Shown here in pieces: positions 26,366 to 40,233 of a DNA stretch of 64,000 nt. Every line of letters begins with the position of its first letter. Positions within the stretch are counted from its first letter, which is position 1. The notes below the pieces were generated by a model. That model had not been told where the DNA came from and did no database searches. It saw only the letters and a program-made list of their open reading frames with translations. This stretch comes from Podarcis gaigeae (lineage: Eukaryota): NCBI GenBank assembly GCA_964106915.2, contig OZ066923.1; one strand, 5' to 3'. The position numbers and the translations under genes were made by a program.

Positions 26366-27420
26366 TTTCTCTTCAGTAAGGATAATAATGTTAAATCAGA
26401 AAGACAGTGTTGTCTTACCTCCTCCTGAAAATGTCAGTTACAGTTGCTTTTGATGCTAAAGGCAAGGTAGTGCAGAGTTGGGGAAAGATGCAAGTAGAAA
26501 CATTTATGCAAGGAAGGTAGAACATCAATTAATTTTCAGTATGTCTATGTAGAACATGGGTTGCAAGTTGTGAATACAAATTTTACTTCATCCCCTCCCT
26601 CAATAAAGTTAAAAAATCAAAACAGTCAGCTTGGAGAAGTCTGATTCTAATAATCTTTTATCACTCTTGGAGGGTCTTATCAAACCTTTGTTCTGTTGCC
26701 CACCAGTTAAGCTGTGCTGTGGCTCTCAGTCCAGAAGTGTATTATTGTGGCTTATTATCAGGATGTGACCATTACAGAGTACAGTTATGCTCAATCTCCT
26801 GGTGCCAAAGGGTTTGACAAGTTATATCCTTCCTTCTACTTGTGATGGATCTCTGGTGTAAATAATATCTTAAAATACTTTTCACTAGATTTTTCTTTTT
26901 GCAAAAGGTCACATATTTTATCTGCTTTACACTGCACCTAACACCTTCCAATAACATACATGCAATTGCAAACTATCCAAAGGTTCTCTATATAGCTGGA
27001 GTAAGTGTGCATCTCTCCTCTTCCTCCAGTGATAATTGCTTTTTAAATCAAACTGGAGGGAAAGTTAGGATATTGCGGATGAGAAGAAATCATTGGCTAT
27101 ATCTGTCATGCACAGTGCCTCTTATGGATCATGAATATACACCTTAATAGAACAGTGTTTGTCTCTGATTATACTGGCTTTTTCCATGTTGCATGTGCTT
27201 TTGCAATAAGAGCCTTAAAAAGCTCAAGTCTCTGCCAACTTAGAGATAACATATGGGATGTGCATCAGAGAAATGGTTTGAAAGACACTAGCTTCTGGGC
27301 ATTTTCTGAACTTTAATATGCTAAATTAAATCTGAATTGGTAACTTGCTATATGTACTCTCATACTACATTTTTTGGGTTAAAGCGATTCAAATTCCTGT
27401 TTTGACTTGGAATTTAATAG

Positions 27421-27509
27421 CAAAGAACAGGCTGAGCTGGACCAGCAAGATATGGAAGATGTTGAAGAGGTAGAAGAGGAAGAAACTGGAGAGGATGCTA
27501 ACAGTAAAG
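27421..27509 (+). CDS. NAP1L1: NAP1L1 exon 3
   Basis: KEQAELDQQDMEDVEEVEEEETGEDANSK; taatag|...G|gtaagg. Confidence 0.95.
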
Positions 27510-28127
27510 GTAAGGGGAAAATGAGCCCAGGCAAAGGTATTCTTCTGTAGGCATAATGGAAGAAGTGCTTTTCTTGGCTCAGTCTGATACCTGCTGGTTA
27601 AATATTCACCTTCAGCAGATCTTGCCATTGAGAGGAAAAACAAATTGATTGTTTAGTGTAATGCTTACCTTAAATGCTTTAGGCAAAATTGTCCTTGTAT
27701 TAAATGCTAGTGTGATTTTTGTTTCCCATCTCATAATCTAGCTTTTCCTGTGCATGCTTACTTGGAGGCAAGTATTGCTGCACAAGTAGTGTGTATAGGA
27801 TTGCTGTCTTTATAAACATAGATATTTAGCATTTAATTTTGCGACTCTTGAGGTGTGTGTTAGACCTTATGCATCCTAATTATATGTGCTACCTCTTGGT
27901 TACTTAACATGGGAGGTAGACATTTTAAAATAGTTATCCTTCTGCTATTATATTAGATCTGTTCAGGCAGGTTTCTTTTGACGCTTGACTTCTAGATAAT
28001 AAGTAATGCAAAATCTTGACATTTTATGTTATATCATTTGGTAAAATCTGAATTGCAAGCACTGGGCTAAAATTTCATAATGGGGGAGTATAATAGTGTT
28101 TTTTAAAACTTCTTTTGTTTTGTTAAG

Positions 28128-28230
28128 CACGCCAGCTGACTGTACAAATGATGCAGAATCCTCAAATTCTTGCAGCCCTTCAGGAAAGACTTGACGGTCT
28201 GGTTGGAACACCTACAGGATATATAGAGAG
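28128..28230 (+). CDS. NAP1L1: NAP1L1 exon 4
   Basis: ARQLTVQMMQNPQILAALQERLDGLVGTPTGYIE; ttaag|...AG|gtagag. Confidence 0.96.
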
Positions 28231-28468
28231 GTAGAGTGTTCTGCAGTTACATATATTAATTCCTCTTTGTTTGTTCTTACCTCTTTAATAGATAAAATTG
28301 TTTGCATTATGTTAAATGGTCATTGTTCTGCAATATTAAGTACGGAAGTATGACCTACAAGTTAGAAATAGTGATGTTGGAAGGTAGTCTAAAATCAGGA
28401 CATAATAATCTGCTTGAGAGAGTAATAGTGACTGCTGCTTCAGAAAACTTAAGTAATTAAGGCTGCAG

Positions 28469-28470
<2 letters not shown>

Positions 28471-28506
<36 letters not shown>
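28471..28506. repeat. (CA)n microsatellite
   Basis: Directly visible. Confidence 0.95.
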
Positions 28507-28509
<3 letters not shown>

Positions 28510-31500
28510 TTGAGAATAAATCTAACTGAACTCAGTTGGCCATGGAAACAATTGCACTTTTAGTATTGAAGATCAGAATGTGGTATGCACAAAACATATC
28601 TGTTTTGTGGGTGTTGTATGTTTGAGCAGTCTATACAGGTATTTCATTTTTGAGACATATACAGAGTTTGTTTCTTTTGAAATTTGCAGAGCATATGTGT
28701 GCTCTCCATTTTGCACATTCTACCCCACTTGAGTAACTTCTGATTTATCTCAGGTTACACTGACTCCTTGTCAGTGTAATAAAATATAATAAAATGATAA
28801 AATTTTCTTGGTATGCATTTCGTAAGAGTGGGGATGGAAGATTGAAACCGATTGACCATACTGCTGAAAATTCGCAACTCATGTACTATTTCAGGCTTCA
28901 GGTATAAAAGTGAATGTTGTGCCAGTGTAATAGGCCCCAAGTCCACTGCTTTCCACACAATGGAGAGCCACAAGTGTTTGGTAGGTAGGTAGTACAAGTA
29001 GTAACAAGCCTCACAGTTGAGTGGGCAGTGATCTCCATCACTAGCATTTTGTGGGCTACTTCAGAAAAGTATTAATGTAGTACAACTACCTTCAGACCAT
29101 CTGCAAGATTGAACTGATGGATGCTGGGTAGAATATACTGCTTTTAGGTTGGAAGAAAGAAACAAGTTTCAAATGATATGTCCTTTAGATAAATCCAAAA
29201 TGTGAGAATTACTTTTAAAAAAGGAAAAAGCAGGTATGCATTTGAATAGAGCTTCAATAAAGTAAGTTTCTCACTTTTTGTGAAGACATCTGTACAAGTG
29301 TTGTCCCCAAGAAGCACCTGTATTCCCCCCATTTCTTTTCCTTTTCCTTTTTACATGCAAATGTCTATAATGATTCCCTGATAACTGTTTATCTGAATAA
29401 AAAATGTAATGGGAAGCTGCAATTTTGACCGCAGAATGAGGCATGTTTGGTTTGTTACCTCCAGGCTTTTTCTGTTCCAAAAAGCCTCTTAGGTGTCCCA
29501 TCCTGAGGGTCCACATAAGCATTTTACTTCTATTCAAGCGTAGAAGTGGAATTCTGTAGGAAGGAAACAACTGGGCAATCAGTTTGGAGCAGAAATGGCA
29601 AGCAAGGAAAAGGTCAAGCACCCTAGAGCTGCTGCTCTGAATAAAAAAGTCCCCACCCCATCTAATCGCTGGCCACAATTGATCTCACATCTGCTATGAA
29701 CTTGCTTTCTTTTCTCTCGTAGCATATTTAAGTAACCTGCAAGGTCCCTGATCCAAGATCAGCAAGTCCTTACTGAGTTTCATGCTGTGCTTTCACTGAG
29801 ATACTATACCTTTTTGAGAGTTTTCAAAAAGCCAGCTCTTCATCACTTCAAGTACAGTAGCTCATCCCTAAAGCTTATATAGCATGTCAACTAAAGCATT
29901 TGAAGCAAAATAAATTAACAGGAGAACTGTGTTTGAGCTTTGTCTAATACTTGCACGTTTGCTTGATCTTAAAATGTTTTGTAGATGTCTTTTGCATTTC
30001 ATACTTGATATCGCCTCTGAATATGAACTATAAGGGCAGGTTTGGACTACTTATCTATAGAATATGCAATGTATTCCTTGCCTAAATTGATACAAGAGAA
30101 GCTACTCTCTGTTACACAAACTGACAGATGGAGAATTGGGAGCCCTTATTTATTACTGTAACTTTTACTCCTTTGTCAATTTTTAGCTTGATCTAGTACA
30201 CTGAAATATAGTCTCCCATATCATGCTAAAGAAATACTGTTCAGCTATATCATTTCCTGTTTGTAAGTAGACAGCTACTGTCCCTTGGCCAGCTGATATA
30301 ACTGGCTGGTGCCCCATAATCCCTGACCATTTACCATACTGGCTAGGACTGGTGATAGCTGTAGTCCAAGCATCTGAGGGCACAGTGTTAACTACCCTTA
30401 GGCTGGCCCAACTGCTACTCAACTTGAGGCACCCACCTGTCAATCACCTGTTGTCATTAAGCCATCAGGTGACAGCATAAAATGAGCTCACTATCAGCGT
30501 TGATTAGCTTATTGGCACTGACAGTGAACCCCATTTGGTCCATTTACAGGCAGTGTTTGGATTCAAACCATGTCTGGAGAAGGACATTTCCCTCCACTGC
30601 AAACCTGTCTGTAAAGAGTCTACAGAGGACAAATGCCACTTACCTTTGATTTGTAGCAGTTTACTCATGCAAATAGGAGCTCTTGGTGGGTGTGCAAAAA
30701 TGCAAAGGAGCAAGAAGTTCTCTATGTCATTATTTGTTGGTCTCTGTTTTTTCAACCCAACATAAATAAATTTTACTGAAGCCAAACAAAAACAGGTATT
30801 TTCATTTAAAAATTGTGGGGAAACACAGCTTCTGCTTTTAATACTCTTTACAAATATTTAAATGTTTTTCTCTTGACCATAAACTAAAGGTAACAAATAT
30901 TGTGACCTCCAGGTGTTGTTGGCTGCAAATCATGTCTGATGAAAGTTAAAGTCCAGCAAAATCTGGGTGCTCCCCCTCCCTAAACCCATCCTATGACCAG
31001 CTGTGAGTTGCTGCTTTGGAATCCCTGTTATGAAAAAGGCTCTTCAGTAGTTTAATTACTCCACAGTTCCTCAGAAGCAAAAATGATTGGTATTGGATTT
31101 CTGGAAAAAGAGTATCGCATACACATTTAGATAAAAAATACCCATCAATACAGTCCTATTTTTGTATGATTTAATATGGAGCGGTTATTAAGAACCTGAT
31201 TTCTTGTTATGTAAAGCAGATTTGTTGTATTTCCCCCCTTTTTGTGTGTGTTTACTAATTCCCCCTGCTTTTGTGATTGACCAGTATAGGCCACATTAGC
31301 CCAAACAGAGTAGGTAGCAAAGTTACCCAATTTTGAAAAAAGACACCGTAGAGTGTCCCATTGATTGCAGTGGTATTTTTTGGAGTGTTGCTGTACTTAA
31401 GAAGCATCCACTTGGGGTTCTCCCCCCACCCCCAAGGTTTCTGGAAGAATATTGCATACCCCTTTGTTAAATAGCCTTCACAGTAAACCTGGGTCTTGCT

Positions 31501-32345
31501 TCTGTAGCTTGTAAAATTGCTTTAGTAATGTGTTGCAATCTTTTTTTCTTTTCTGGTTTTGGTCGTGTTTCAGAACATTTTCACATTACCAAAAATAGGA
31601 TAGGAATAACTGAAAGCAAAGATAATATTCAAACGCTAAGTTATATATGGTGATCAAATTTAGAAATAATTACTAGAATTTCAATTTCATAGACTTCTGA
31701 GCCAAATAATTGCCTATCTAAAATTCTCCACCCATTGACCACCTTGTCTCAGTAAGAACTGAAGCCCTCTCCTGAATGTCTGGTGTTGGGGATCCAGGAA
31801 GGTGGGTAGTGTCCTGAATCTGAATGAAGGCACATGTCCACTCACATTCATTACTGAAATGAAGTTATCTGAATGGGTTTCTGTAAGAGGTTGTAGTTTT
31901 GGCCTCAATATTGAAATATGCAACTTTCACACTATTTTTCAACTTGGTGTGAACAGATACAACAATATAAAATTAACCCTGAATTTTACTGACTTGCAGC
32001 TTTATTAGGTTTTGCTTGCAAATTCTACATGAAAGGTGTTGCCATGCTATTTATTACAAAGCATACCTAAGACTGACATAGCTTGTAATGTAAAGCAGTT
32101 GTGTGCTGGTGTATCAATCCTGGGGACCATGTAACACATTGTTTTTATCTAACTCTGACTACAGTAAACACTATATAAATAAATACTCGATAGAGCTTTG
32201 AATTTGGAGCTTCTGCTTACTAACTGTCCTTAAGTCCACCCAAGACTAACTTAAAATATGAAAGGGGGGGGAGAGAAAAGTAGGTGTATAATGTTAATAT
32301 TTTGAGTGAAATATCAGTGCAGGAACTTCTATCACTATTGTTGCA

Positions 32346-32372
<27 letters not shown>
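32346..32372. repeat. (TG)n microsatellite
   Basis: Directly visible. Confidence 0.95.
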
Positions 32373-32376
<4 letters not shown>

Positions 32377-33476
32377 ATGTATGTATAGATGTTCTTTTTA
32401 AACAAGTCTCATCTATTCAAGAAATGGCAAGTTTTGTCCTAAGCATTGGTGCTGCAGGGTTTAAGCAACTGGCTATTGGACATGCTTGGTGAGACAGCAG
32501 TATTGGGGAAGTTAAGGAACTTACCATGCTGTACTTCTCCCATGTCTTCTGCTTGTATATGACGAGGTGCCAGAGGCATGCTTAAGTCTTGACTGGTGAT
32601 CTTTGGAAAGTTGACATGTGCAAAGCACACCTGAAATTGCTTAATCAGTGTAAGGCTAGGGGGCATGAGGAGTCGGGTAAAGGTGGCCCAGGCTGGACTC
32701 CATCCAGGATACGTCAGTATCTGGGATTGACCCTGTTAAATTGTTAACCTTGTCACGAATTAAAATTACCAGCTCAGAATACTGTAATAGATCTTTGTTG
32801 TCTGTGCCTAGTTGTTGCCAGAATAATACACTTTTACTTCAGTATGTGCTGAATTATTAAAGAAAACAATAGGTTCTTAGAATCCAGAGAATTCCAAAAT
32901 TCTCTCAATGTTCAGCACTTGGCCGAATCCTTTATCCTAAAATCAGCTGACCTGAGCAGCATTTTTAATGTGTTTACTCAACTTTTCAGTTGTTAGTGTC
33001 ATGTCACTTTAACTTTTGAACTGCATGGAGTGCACCTAATATACTACTTGCAAAGAAGTCACAGATAGTTGTTTAATCTGTCTTTTCAGGTGCTAAATTA
33101 AGTTATTCAAAAATTCAACATATATACACCTTGAATTCTGAAATTTCAGTTGATAATTGATATTAAGAATTGTGTTCAAATTGAACAATATTTTCCACAA
33201 AGAAATATGGTCTGAAACACTTAAGGGAGGGGCGATTATGGGGTTTATCTTGTTCTGTATGTAGATGATTCATAATTGATATTCTGTATGTTAATATCCA
33301 TAAAACCTTCAAAAATAAAAATCACTCTTGTGTTAATATCACAATTTTGCTCTGCTGTTGCTCTTGGAAATAAAAGTTAACAGCATAATCCAACCTTTTA
33401 AAGGAAACTTTATTAGGAGAATGAATCCACATGATTGTCATTGATGTAACAATGCAGTATTATTTTCCTCCCTCAG

Positions 33477-33618
33477 CTTGCCTAAAGTAGTTAAGAGACG
33501 TGTAAATGCACTCAAGAATCTTCAAGTTAAATGTGCACAGATAGAAGCAAAGTTCTATGAAGAAGTTCATGAATTGGAAAGGAAATATGCTGCTCTTTAT
33601 CAGCCCTTGTTTGACAAG
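33477..33618 (+). CDS. NAP1L1: NAP1L1 exon 5
   Basis: LPKVVKRRVNALKNLQVKCAQIEAKFYEEVHELERKYAALYQPLFDK; cctcag|...AAG|gtaatc. Confidence 0.97.
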
Positions 33619-33813
33619 GTAATCTTTATACTTTTACCTCTAGGGATGAGAGTTTAATTCTGCAGAGTCAAATGGGACCAAATTCCCACTGGTTCAGTAA
33701 TTCTGTAACCTTTTATTTGCAAAAAAATAATAATACTTGTTCGTTGCTTTTGTTGGGTATTGGGTCAAACTAAATTCTGGTAACCTGAATAAACAAGCAC
33801 TTTACTCTTCCAG

Positions 33814-33894
33814 AGGAGTGAAATCATCAATGCAGTTTATGAACCTACTGAAGAAGAATGTGAATGGAAAACAGATGTTGAAGAAGAAATTTCA
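33814..33894 (+). CDS. NAP1L1: NAP1L1 exon 6
   Basis: RSEIINAVYEPTEEECEWKTDVEEEIS; ttccag|...TCA|gtgagt. Confidence 0.97.
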
Positions 33895-34830
33895 GTGAGT
33901 ACTTAAATATGATTGTGGGTGGGATTAATTGTGTATTCGTGCTTTACAAGTTTGAAGTACTGTAGACTTATTCTAGTAGTAAATGCAGACAAATCATTCA
34001 ATTTATAACTCTGTAAATTGTTTGCCCCCTTGATGGTTAGTAAACATTTTGATTGGGTTGATGTTGTTTTGTATTGGATTGATATAGCAGCCCACCAATA
34101 AACATTTCCTGTGTGTCTTATAACAATTAAACACAGTGACCCCGTTCTCATGTGGCTCTAAGATAAGACATGGCTTAGTGCAAACATGTGGATTTCCAAA
34201 GAGCAGATTGCAGCTGCTGCACTCTTCCCTGGTCCTCCTGCTGCCAAGATGTCTGAAACGCTTAATGTGCTATGTGAACCAGGATTCATGGTTTGCCTCC
34301 TCCAGAGAAACCATGTGCTTGTAATCAAATTTTGTTTGGGGGTTTATAACTCATGGTTTGTCTGGGATGAGACAAACAAAGAGCCTCTGTTCAGACAGCA
34401 CATCGTACCATGGTTTACCTCACACCAGTACAGTAGTAGAAAGACCAGTGGAGAGCGCATTCACACTAAGCCATGATTAGGCTTACTATTATATGCATAC
34501 TGAACCAATATATAAAAAAGTAATTTAAACAAGACAGCCAAAAATCTTCCTGTACAGATGCAGCATAAAAACAGCATAAAACATTTTACAACTCATATTT
34601 AAAAGAGTTAAAATGTTCTGATATCCTATGTGTGCCTTGAGAGGTTCTGTGTAGCTTTAAATAGTAAGATGCCTGTCTTACATAAATATTGGAGTATACA
34701 GCCACTAATCGGATAGTATTTGACTGAAGGTTTTTTTCCTGTTTGTTGTGGTTACTAGTATAACACTAGATTTCTTGGTTAGTGTGCAGTACTCAAATTT
34801 TAGAAAGAGTAACTTCTTAATTTTAACAAG

Positions 34831-34959
34831 GAGGAAATGAAAGAGAAAGCCAAGCTTGAAGAAGAGAAAAAAGATGAAGAAAAAGATGACCCTAAAGGAA
34901 TTCCTGAATTTTGGCTGACTGTGTTCAAGAATGTTGACTTACTCAGTGATATGGTTCAG
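34831..34959 (+). CDS. NAP1L1: NAP1L1 exon 7
   Basis: EEMKEKAKLEEEKKDEEKDDPKGIPEFWLTVFKNVDLLSDMVQ; aacaag|...CAG|gtaaaa. Confidence 0.96.
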
Positions 34960-35915
34960 GTAAAAGAATGACTTAATTTCTTGCAATTTTGCTCATAAGC
35001 TAAGGGTTGCATCCACTGTTTTCTTGCTTAGAGTGGACCCACTGAAAATTATGGGCATGACTTTCCCAGGTTCACTGATTTAAGTGGGTCCACTTAGAGT
35101 AGAATTTAGTTCCAGACTCTAAGGAGCCTGGTTTTTTTCTGGAATTCAGCTTTAGTTTCTAGTAATCCAGTCATCCATTTTTTCTGAGAAACATTCAGAA
35201 AGAATAGATAATTTGTCTTTATGAACTTAAAATTCTACACCATAAGAACATAACATAGTTGTCTTAGATCAATCTACAGTGGAATCTCGTCCAATATTTT
35301 GTTCCTAAGTGTTTCAGCAGTGCCTTTTGGGAAACCCATATGTTAGGGGGTGAAGGGTGCAGCCATTTAAAGTTGGTCCCTAGTATCTCATATTTGGTGG
35401 CATACTGCCTCAGAACATGGATGACCCAGTTAATTTCATGGACATCAAGTGCTAATCTAAAAACTTTTTAAACTAGTGGTCCTGGTTACATGCTGTGGCA
35501 GTGGATTCCTCTTAAGTTTCTGAACTTTCTACCACCTATCTTGAATGTCAGCTGTCATTGCTCTCACATGAGTCTACATTAGAAGCTGTCATAAGGGCTA
35601 AAAGTAACATGTCATACAACAAAAACTCTGATTCTTGAAAAGCTGGATACCTCACTCAATATCACATTCCACATTTGCATCAAATTGCAAAGTACATACA
35701 GCCTGGGCATGTGGTATGCTTTTTCATTTCGCAGAAGCTTGTGTTTTATGAGAGTACTTGTTCGATGGTTGCCACTACCTGGAGAACTAGCTTTGATTGA
35801 AATACGGATTTATGAATCAAATGCTCACCCCAGATTATTTGTATTTGCTTCCTTTTGCTATGTTACACTGCTTTTTCTTCTTGTAGCTACATGATAATTG
35901 TCATGTTTTTTGTAG

Positions 35916-35987
35916 GAACATGATGAACCAATTCTGAAACACTTGAAAGATATTAAAGTGAAGTTTTCAGAGGCTGGGCAGCCTATG
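35916..35987 (+). CDS. NAP1L1: NAP1L1 exon 8
   Basis: EHDEPILKHLKDIKVKFSEAGQPM; ttgtag|...ATG|gtaagt. Confidence 0.97.
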
Positions 35988-36580
35988 GTAAGTTCTTGAT
36001 GAGAGTGCATTGAATATTGAGATACATAAACTATGCTTCTGTTCAGTACTGTTCAGTAATCAACTGCAACACTTGAAAATTTTGCAATCCATTCTATGCT
36101 TGTAGGAGTCATAAACTTTATGGTCCACATGACTTGTTAGCTGAAAATAAGGGTTGAGTTGCATATGTAGGATTTTGATACTTAATCATGCAAAGACTTA
36201 TCTCTGATTTGCAGCTCTGAATGTGTGGACTGGCTCCATTTGAAAAGGATATATTATGAATGGATATGTGAAGATTCCATAAGAACTTTATAAAGATTTG
36301 TGTTTTCAGTTGGGTATTGCTAAATGAGAGCTTTACTGAAAATGGGATCCCACCAGTATAAGTTCCCTGAAAAAATGGGAAACACAAATGAATGCCATAC
36401 AGAAAATGAAATGTACATTTACGTGTTTTTTTGCAAAATTGAAGTATAACAGTTTTGTTATACTTTTGAAGTATAACAAAACCTTGGGTAGACCTACTTT
36501 CCCCAACTTGATACCCTCCTGATGTTTTAGACTCTTAACCCAGCCAACTCCCTGCTGGCCGAGACTGATGGAAGTTACAG

Positions 36581-36725
36581 TCATAGAATCATAGAGTTGG
36601 AAAGAACCCTGAAAATTCTCTAGTCCAGCCCCCTGTAGTTCAGGAATATGCCGCCGTCCCTTACGGGGACTGAACCTGCAACCTTGGCATTATCAGCACC
36701 ACACTCTGACCAACTTAGCCATTCA
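36581..36725 (-). mobile_element. tRNA-derived SINE with CR1-type (ATTCTATG)n tail
   Basis: TCATAGAATCATAGAGTTGG tail plus tRNA-like head (GAACCTGCAACCTTGGCATTATCAGCACC); sister copy at 48171. Confidence 0.7.
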
Positions 36726-36949
36726 GCTGATGTGTCCAAAACATCTGGAGGACATTGAAGGTGTAGAAGGCTGCTCTATCCAGTGTATCCATTTCAGCAA
36801 GAAATAGAACTTAAGCAGCACTGTTTGCTGCTTCATTTTACTAAAGTAATTCCATTGTTTTGACATATTGGATAGCTGACCTGCGGTGCTTAATGATGCA
36901 TCATTCACTTCTTTCTAACACAGTCTTTCTATATTTATTTTTTAAAAAG

Positions 36950-37089
36950 ACTTTCACATTAGAGTTCCACTTTGAACCCAATGAATATTTCACAAATGAC
37001 GTGGTGACAAAAACATACAGAATGAGGTCAGAACCTGATGATTCTGATCCTTTCTCCTTCGATGGACCAGAAATTATGGGTTGCACAGG
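36950..37089 (+). CDS. NAP1L1: NAP1L1 exon 9
   Basis: TFTLEFHFEPNEYFTNDVVTKTYRMRSEPDDSDPFSFDGPEIMGCT(G); tttaaaaag|...GG|gtaagt. Confidence 0.95.
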
Positions 37090-38898
37090 GTAAGTGTGAC
37101 GTTCTCTTAAAATAAGTGGTTGAAAGTCTTCCATAACACGAGACTGGCCCAGTTTGCATGTAGTTCTAAGCCAAACTCTTCGCAGGCTCCTCAAAAGGAG
37201 GTAGCAGCCCAGTCATTTTGCTACTATGCTGAGCCAAGCTGTGGTTTTGCTTAACATCCTGTTCAAATTCACATTCATAGTTTAGCTCTCTCCAGGCAAA
37301 CCAAGAGCTATAACCAAAGTTTACCTGCTTGGTTTACCGGCACGTCTGCAAATGAGGACAAAATCTGTAATATATTGTAAGAATATATACAAGTAAACTA
37401 TGACAATCCAGTAAATTAAAAAAGTGAGGCAAAGAAAAACAGAGTAACATAAATTCCACTAATAGCAGCTGCTATTAAGTTCTCAAGTAAAAGAAGAGTT
37501 TTTTTAGCTGTCAACCTAAAGGCTAGCAAGTACGTGTCTGACAAATAAACAGAGTTTTAATAGGCAATGTTCTATCACATTAAAAGAACTTTCACTTGTT
37601 GTTACCCACCTTGCACCTGAAGGTGGGGGCACCCAAATCGGGGCCTCTGTTGAAGTCAGTATGGGTGTTTATGAATGTGTGCCTGCTTATGTCACAATGT
37701 AAATTTGCTTTAGTACAATAGATCATATTTTAATGGACACAAAATGTTTTAACTTGTGAGTGATATACCCCTTACTCTAAAGAGAGAGAGATAAGATAGA
37801 TATAAATTATATGTGCATGCTCTACACCCAGCAATCGCAGTGCAGAAAATTACAAACATTTAAACCTGGTACAAACCATTTAAATTCATAGATATTTCCT
37901 GACTCTTAATCATGACCAAAGTCCAGCCCATATTTAAGGCATTGCAATATTCACTATTACATTTTCATTAGCAATTTTATCTCTCCTAACCTCTAGGAAC
38001 ATTAATGCCTTGCCTATATGCTGAATTCCTTGTGTAATATGCATGCTGGAAAGGTTGCTGGGGTTTAGCTTGAGATTGCTCACTTTTTGATTTAGGACCT
38101 TGTGCATTGCTTTGAAGTCAGGTTCTTCTGATCCTGGTATTTGAACCAGAGTTATGAACCTAGTTTCTGGTAGTTGAATGGTGCTTGTTATCCTGCCTGT
38201 GGACGATCATCACGAGTGCCTAGATACTAATCCACCCAGCTTTGACATGCCAACCTAAAGACAAAACTAACTTGTATTGCAACATGTTCAAAGGAAGTTA
38301 CTTAAAAACATCTGTATGTTTAAAGATGGTTACTTAAAAACATCCAGACCTTCTCTGCATAGGCAGAAGAATTCCCCCCCACCCCCAGCATGTTCAGCAT
38401 TACTTGAAGTAAATAGTGGCAGAGTTTCAAAGTGATGGTAACACCTTTGATACTACCGTGCTGCCTACAATACACTTGAGAGGCTTTATGGAGAAGATTC
38501 AAATGGGGGTTTAAGGCAAGGGATCAGGACAGCCTATTGGCGAACTGAATGTCCTGGAACAATGGGGACCCTGTAGCCTTTCAGCTTAGATGTATTGTAG
38601 GTGGGTTATGTGTTGAAATACTGTATGATGAGAGAACTCATTTTCAAAAATTCAATAAATATTAATACTGTTAAGAGGGAAAGAAAAATGTAATTGATTC
38701 ATTTAATTCAGGTGTTACTTTCTTCCTCATACTAGACAGCTCTGGGGAAAATAGCATAAGAACAGGCCTGACACTGGCTTGTTATTCATAGGATTGAATT
38801 GGACTCCTGCCCCACAAGTACTTAACTGCCAGTGTTCTAAACCACCTGAAATACTTATATAAGGATACCCTTGATTTATTAATTTAATTTTCTCATAG

Positions 38899-39044
38899 GT
38901 GCCAAATAGATTGGAAAAAGGGAAAAAATGTTACTTTGAAAACTATCAAAAAGAAACAGAAGCACAAGGGGCGTGGAACAGTTAGAACAGTGACGAAAAC
39001 AGTTTCCAACGATTCTTTCTTCAATTTTTTCAGTCCTCCTGAAG
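38899..39044 (+). CDS. NAP1L1: NAP1L1 exon 10 (basic NLS-containing region)
   Basis: CQIDWKKGKNVTLKTIKKKQKHKGRGTVRTVTKTVSNDSFFNFFSPPE; tcatag|...G|gtaaag. Confidence 0.97.
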
Positions 39045-39145
39045 GTAAAGAATTTCTGGTGGTTTTTTTTATTACAGTAAAATCTGAATATTGTAGATTT
39101 TTAAATATAAGTATAATCCTATATCTTACTACTTTTCCTTTGCAG

Positions 39146-39165
39146 TTCCTGAAAGTGGAGACTTG
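39146..39165 (+). CDS. NAP1L1: NAP1L1 exon 11 (20-nt microexon, VPESGDL)
   Basis: tttgcag|TTCCTGAAAGTGGAGACTTG|gtaagt; needed to keep the frame. Confidence 0.95.
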
Positions 39166-39529
39166 GTAAGTCCCTCTAGTTTAATTTTCTAAGAAATATA
39201 ACTTGGAGAATATTTAAGATAAAAGCAGTAGCAAGAGATAAATTTTAGGCTTCTTTAAGATAATTTGAAGTGATTTAAGTAATATTTCAAGTTTTCAGAC
39301 CCAAATTAAATGTGTTATTTTTGGTGACTGAAATTGAGAATTCAGCACTCAGTTGGGGCACAAATAAATATTTATTTATTTTTTTGGAGATAATGAATTA
39401 AATTTGCAATCTGTTATAAATAATTGGGGAGAATATGGCTTTAGACAAATTTTGTGTCATAGAATGGTATCATCCCCCCCCCCCCCAAATGCAAAGTCAT
39501 AGAGCTTTGAATTCATATTACCTGTGCAG

Positions 39530-39652
39530 GATGATGATGCTGAAGCAATTCTGGCAGCTGATTTTGAAATTGGTCACTTTCTACGGGAGCGCATAGTTCC
39601 ACGATCAGTATTGTATTTCACAGGAGAAGCCATTGAGGATGACGATGATGAT
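39530..39652 (+). CDS. NAP1L1: NAP1L1 exon 12
   Basis: DDDAEAILAADFEIGHFLRERIVPRSVLYFTGEAIEDDDDD; gtgcag|...GAT|gtaagt. Confidence 0.97.
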
Positions 39653-40200
39653 GTAAGTGGTGCTTGTTTTCAGCTGTGCCAAAATTACCTTGGAACAGTA
39701 GCTGTACCCCAGGGCTTAAATGGAGCTATAACTTACCACACAGACTTCATTAATTATAATAGAATTAGACATAGATGAAAGTGCATGTTATGTTACGGTG
39801 CTAGATTGTACGGTTACCCATAGGGCTGAATTTCAGGCTGGTGCTTTATGTTCTTCATGCAAGAGCTTGTTTTTAGAACATATAAAGTACAAATTGGGAT
39901 ACAATCAGAATGAGTCCCCCCCCCCCAAAGCAGGCACAACAATTAGATGTCAAAGCAATTTGGGTTTAGATTGCAGATTTCATTTTCATGCTAAGGTTTA
40001 AGTGTGTAGAATTGTGCGATTAATTGGGTTTTTGCTAAAAGTTCCCATGCTTTGCAAAGTCCTCCTGTGCAATGTAAATTAACATTGTATGTCTGGAAAT
40101 ACCTGCAACTCAAAAGCTCTAATTTGCAGAGTAATGTCCTTAAAGCTATTGTACTACTGTCCTCTTACCTTAATTTTTGTCTCCCTCCTTCTCCCCCCAG

Positions 40201-40233
40201 TATGACGAAGAGGGTGAGGAGGCCGATGATGAG
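40201..40233 (+). CDS. NAP1L1: NAP1L1 exon 13 (33 nt, acidic tail)
   Basis: YDEEGEEADDE; cccccag|...GAG|gtgagt. Confidence 0.95.

Noticed and set aside
29985-30039. Possible 55-nt cryptic exon in NAP1L1 intron 4
   Set aside because: Weak donor (CAG|GTTTGG) and no other support
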